Shown: positions 8,351 through 24,031 of the stretch, one piece after another
Layout: every line of letters starts with the position of its first letter
Numbering within the stretch: the stretch's first letter is position 1
Assembly: GCA_033442325.1 (NCBI GenBank)
Contig: JAWQFM010000015.1
Location: 665,986-690,016, forward strand
Source: Salpingoeca rosetta
Taxonomy: Eukaryota; Protista; Choanoflagellata
Length of the DNA: 24,031 nt
Direction of reading: 5' to 3'
The notes under the pieces: model-generated
Told to the model about the DNA's origin: nothing
Seen by the model: the letters and a program-made list of their open reading frames with translations, nothing else
Database searches by the model: none
Position numbers and translations under genes: made by a program

Positions 8351-10691
8351 CAGCCAACCGTCGTCACTGCATGATGCACGAGGAACACCCAACAGAAGAC
8401 GCTATCACTATCACGGAGCACGTTGAGCGCACCCAGGCTCAACAACCACAAGCAGATGGGTGTGGTGCTCCTGCTCAGAGCGAAGATGCAGGCTCCACAG
8501 CAAGCGCAAGCACAGCAAGCAACAGCCCAAAGCGCCTAAAGCGCGGCACGTTTGTTGCCTACGGCGAGGGTGTGCGCACCAGGTGCATGCATCACCAAAC
8601 GAGCTCGACAACCCACATTCTCTCCTTCGACAAAATCAGCGACGACAACACCGTTGAGCATGGGAGCGGACAGTATTGCGTGCGGCGCCCGCCTGTTTTG
8701 GCGCGCATTGCGCAGAGCGATCCCAGCAACGTCACCTGCACCCTGCAGACATCACCCACCGTGCTGACCGTCACAGGTGTCACACGTGAGCAGGCGGCTG
8801 CGCTGGCAGAAGAGTGCACCAGCGAGCTCATGGAGGCGTACTGCGACGCCGTCATGTTGGACGGTGGCTCATACGACTTCAACTTCTACATGCACCGCTT
8901 CTTCGATAAGGGCGAGGACGGTGGTGAACGTGTGCATGACGCCCACGAACGCGCTGCCTCTGCACACGCCAGTGACACCAACACCAGTACTTGCAGTGAG
9001 CACAGCACCGCCAGCAGCAACGACAGTGGTAGTGATGATGTTCAGTCTGGGGAGAAGGCGAGCGATGTTGGTGGTGGTGGTGATGGTGGTGTTCACAGCA
9101 CGAGCCACAGCAGCGGCAGCGACAGCGACAGCATCACTGCCAAGCAAGATTCTGCAGAGCCACCAGCAGCTGCGCGCATGTGCATGCAGGCCATCCCCGT
9201 CAACATTGCGGGGATGCACGGCGACTTCAAGCTGGAGGACGATGACGAGAATTTCGCGCTCGTCGCTGCTGCCATCCGCCGCGCCCTGGACCGGCTGCAG
9301 TACACGAAGGACACGGAGTTTGCTGCAGTGGGTCCGAAGTTGCTGTTGGACTTGACGACGGTCTCCGCTGGCCTTCGACAAGCCATCCTCGCCGACGTGG
9401 CTCACTACGCTGAAGAAGCCAACGACGGCAAGCTGCAGCAGGAAGGGGACGAGGTCCAGAAACAAGAGCATCAACAGCATCAACAGCAGGAAGAGCAGGA
9501 AGAGGAAGGGATACAACAACAGCAGCACCAGCACCAGCACCAGCCGCACCAGCACCAGGGAGACGACGAGGTTGACGACTTGGAAGAGCATGAGGAATTC
9601 TGCAGCACTGAGCACATATTCATCATTGCATCGACCGACACAGCCTCCCTGATTGCTGCGCGCGAGGCCATCGATTATGCGCTGGCCACCTTTCGCCTCG
9701 ACGTGCCTCCAGACCATTCGGATGTTGTGCTCGCTTGGTCGTGGGAAGAACTGCTGCACAACGTCACGCAGCATGACGATCCACAGTCCATTGCCACAGC
9801 CAGAGGGATATGGGGGTATCCCAAAGGGCATGTTCCGGCTGACCTGCGCCCCGCTCTCGCCAACGTGGAGATGATGTGGCTGCGAATCCACAAGCCTGAA
9901 GTGGAGGCCTACAAATCGCTCCTGAGCCTCCCGGGCATCAAGCTGATTGACCTCAAAGGAGGGCTGCGCACTGCAAGGCTGTTTGAGCAGGTCAAGGCGA
10001 CAGGCGACGAGGAGCTGCTGCGTCGCTTCAAGGAGGTGACGGTCTTGTACGACCACAGAGGGTTGAGCCCAGAAGAGGCAGAGCACCAGCGACGCCGATG
10101 CCGACTCTCGTATGCGCTCGAGTATGCAAGAAATGTGAGTTTGCACTGAGTTTATCGTGCTCTGGGGTCTTGTACGTATTCCTTGAGTTGTGGGAGCACC
10201 CGTGGAGTGGATTGTGGCGTGCTGGCTTGTGATGGCTTGGTCGATGGCATCGAACCTGCTGTGACGTGTGTCATCGTGTGCTGTAAAGTGACAGACAACA
10301 CGCTGCTCACCCTGTGTTTGCGACTCCTTATGCGGGGCTTGCTCGCACCTTGTTCTCTTTCTCCTGCACTGTCTTACTCACCTCCGCACACAACACAACA
10401 CAACACAACACAACACACGTGATGCAGCAAGGGTATGACTCCGAAGGCCGCTGTCTGAGATGCAAGCACTGCTGCTGGTATGAGAACTTTGACGTGGGCT
10501 GCGAAGAGTGCTATCGCTTGAGGCCCGACCGCGACTAACTGTGCTTTTGCATGCGTGTGCAGGCGTGTGTGGATCTGTGCGCTGTTTGTTCGTGCCTCGG
10601 CATTGTTTGTTTGCCTTCCGCTTTCGTTGATGTGGTCTGGTCAGATGCCTCCTTTCGTTGACGTGATTATGGCATGACATGAGGCAGACGT
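8351..10691 (+). repeat. Direct segmental duplication, copy B
   Basis: Pairs with 191-2109; homology stops abruptly after GGCAGACGT (2109/10691). Confidence 0.95.
8371..10538 (+). CDS. Uncharacterised ~624-aa protein, copy B (exons 8371-10134 and 10428-10538); acidic/Gln-His linker; C-terminal CxxC-x12-CxxC module
   Basis: Long open frame (track 8122-10149; first ATG 8371). Donor AAT|GTGAGT at 10135 and in-frame acceptor ATGCAG|CAA at 10427/8, both preserved in copy A. Last exon reads QGYDSEGRCLRCKHCCWYENFDVGCEECYRLRPDRD*. Confidence 0.75.
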
Positions 10692-11655
10692 CACATACAA
10701 CACCAATACAAAGCATCGATTTGGATTGGTGACAACGAAAGAGAACTGGTGCAACCACATTTGTGCTGATTCGGGACAGCGACCACGTCACGTGTTGTCG
10801 TACACTCACGCAACCACGAGACCACGTCCAAAATGTACAGGAAAGGAAACAGGGAGCCTTCAGCCCAGCACGTCACATCAGCACATCACACACACTCACA
10901 CATTGATGCAGATGCACAGGACTCGGGGGACACTTTGACGCGCTTTTGCTCGGGAATTTTGCCCTTGCCCGACTGACAGAGACCGTGCCAGGACCAGCGA
11001 TGACAGCGACAGGAAGGAGCAACAGCTTTACATTTCTCGTAGAACTCGTAGAACTCGTAGAAGGTCGAAGTAAAGCACACTGCAGCACTGCAAGGTGGCT
11101 CAAATTGGTGTTGAAGAGCTGATGACGTGCGACAGGCCCTCCTTGAGTGTGCCCCAACGAACAGAGACAGCAGAGCAGTCTTGGAATCTGCGACCATGCG
11201 CTTGTAAGACGAGCGGCACGCACTCCAAGGCAACAGCAGCGACAACCAACAGCTCGCAACAACCAACAAGGAAAAAAAAAAATTCAATGACAACTTTTAG
11301 CTTGGTGCATCCTTGCATCAAACCGCAGAGCTGCATTGTTGAGCAGACCAAAACGAAGCCGTAAACAGGACCTTCCATACTGAAGCTACATCGTAAGACT
11401 AGGACACCGTTGCAGGGCAAAGTTGCCTTTATAAACCCCCTCTTCGCGCCAAGGCGCCACAACATCTTCAAATGAGAATGAAACTGAAAGTGTGAATGAA
11501 AGTGCGAAGCAAGCCACTCCCTTTGAGTTTACAAAGATTACTTCCTACAGATGATTGTTGATAATTTCAACGACTTTTCTACACAAACAAAACCCAGCCA
11601 ACCGTCGTCTTCCTGCCTCTTCCCGCCTCCACCACCGCACACCAGCAACAGCATT

Positions 11656-12554
<899 letters not shown>

Positions 12555-12967
12555 TGGCCACGCGAATGATGGGCGATTGCGACCCCAATCTCGATCTACG
12601 CTCTTTTGTGTGTTGCGTTTTGCTTGCTACCTGACTGGCTCTTCATGTTGCTCTCCGCTGGCGCATGTATGTGTGTGTGTGTGCGTGTGTGTGCCGTGAT
12701 CAGTGTGACGGAGGAAAGCGGGGGATTCGGGTTTACTGTTGCTTGCGTGTGCGTATGCGTGTGCGCGTGTGCTCTCGTGTGGGTTTTGGTTGTTTTGCAA
12801 GAAGCTAGTCGCCATGCATGCTGATTGAACGATTGTGGACGGGAGACAGAGGAGGGAATCGAGGCGCACCCGCAGAAGAACGAGGGGGGGGGAGAGGAAA
12901 GGCGGCAAAGAAGCTACACACAGCCAGTTCGACAGAAGGACAGACAGTTAGACACACACTCACACAG

Positions 12968-13013
12968 CACACACACACACACACATTCACAGCACGCACG
13001 CACACACACACAC

Positions 13014-13085
<72 letters not shown>

Positions 13086-13112
13086 GCACGCACACACACA
13101 CACACACACACA
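12968..13112. repeat. (CA)n microsatellite, intergenic
   Basis: Interrupted CA run. Confidence 0.9.
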
Positions 13113-13274
13113 CAGCACGCACACAACAGCACTATTTTTTCCGCCACGCTGAATTGGCTTTTGGAGCGAGCGTCTTGCGTGAGGGAACAAAGCAAACAGC
13201 AGTGCGCGTGGTGCGTGGTGTGTGAAGTGAGACAGGACTGACCTGAAGGGGAACTGACAACTGAACGCGGCGCC

Positions 13275-23676
<10,402 letters not shown>

Positions 23677-23889
23677 GGCGGCGTTGGTGGGAGATGGATG
23701 ATGACGGATGAATGCAGTGGTCATAGGCGAGCAGGAGAGAGAGAGAGAGAGAGATGGGGAGACAATGGGGAGACGATGGGGAGAGCGGCGAGAGAGGTCG
23801 CCACCGGGATGCTCTGTCTCTTGTCATGATGCTTTGCGTGCTTTGGTGTGGTTGCGTGTTTGCTTTTTTTGGCGCATGCGTGTTTGCTC

Positions 23890-24025
<136 letters not shown>

Positions 24026-24031
24026 GTGTTT

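Noticed and set aside
8122-8370. N-terminal extension of the 675-aa ORF
   Set aside because: It begins at TTG, not ATG, and homology with copy A starts near the MHEE methionine at 8371/8374.
9802-9880. RGIWGYPKGHV as the start of a Nudix hydrolase motif
   Set aside because: The Nudix box GX5EX7REUXEEXGU does not follow; the conserved Glu and Arg residues are absent.
8869-10146. 425-aa antisense ORF (likewise 2479-2925 and 3133-3630)
   Set aside because: Shadow frames opposite real CDSs with GC-rich third positions; no recognisable motifs.
191-10691. The direct repeats as LTRs of a retrotransposon
   Set aside because: The repeats are spliced protein-coding genes. There are no TG...CA ends, primer-binding site, gag/pol or target-site duplication.
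11036-11062. 9-bp x3 repeat (CTCGTAGAA) within the 10886-11293 minus ORF
   Set aside because: Simple slippage repeat; the ORF has no recognisable domain or splice support.

Overview
Eukaryotic, intron-rich DNA full of (CA)n/(GT)n microsatellites. Intron style and gene content suggest a choanoflagellate such as Salpingoeca (inference). The right half holds two conserved actin-related genes on +: a 3-exon ABRACL/Costars gene (11656-12554, 82 aa) and a 26-exon unconventional myosin (13275-23676, 1312 aa by my hand splicing) with a class III-like, kinase-less motor, one IQ, an ER/K helix and two PHLDB/LL5-like PH domains. The left ~10.7 kb looks like a rearranged accessory region. Two direct copies of an uncharacterised 2-exon gene (207-1958, broken by an N gap, and 8371-10538) end in a CxxC-x12-CxxC module whose loop differs at nearly every codon while the flanking DNA is almost identical. 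Between them lie an intronless minus-strand ORF with an N-myristoylation-type start and an HxE...CxxC deaminase-like motif, a frameshifted RING remnant, and the last five exons of a CCDC40-like gene with no recognisable 5' part. Most other ORFs in the track are microsatellite or antisense artefacts. Family assignments come from remembered motifs, not database searches.
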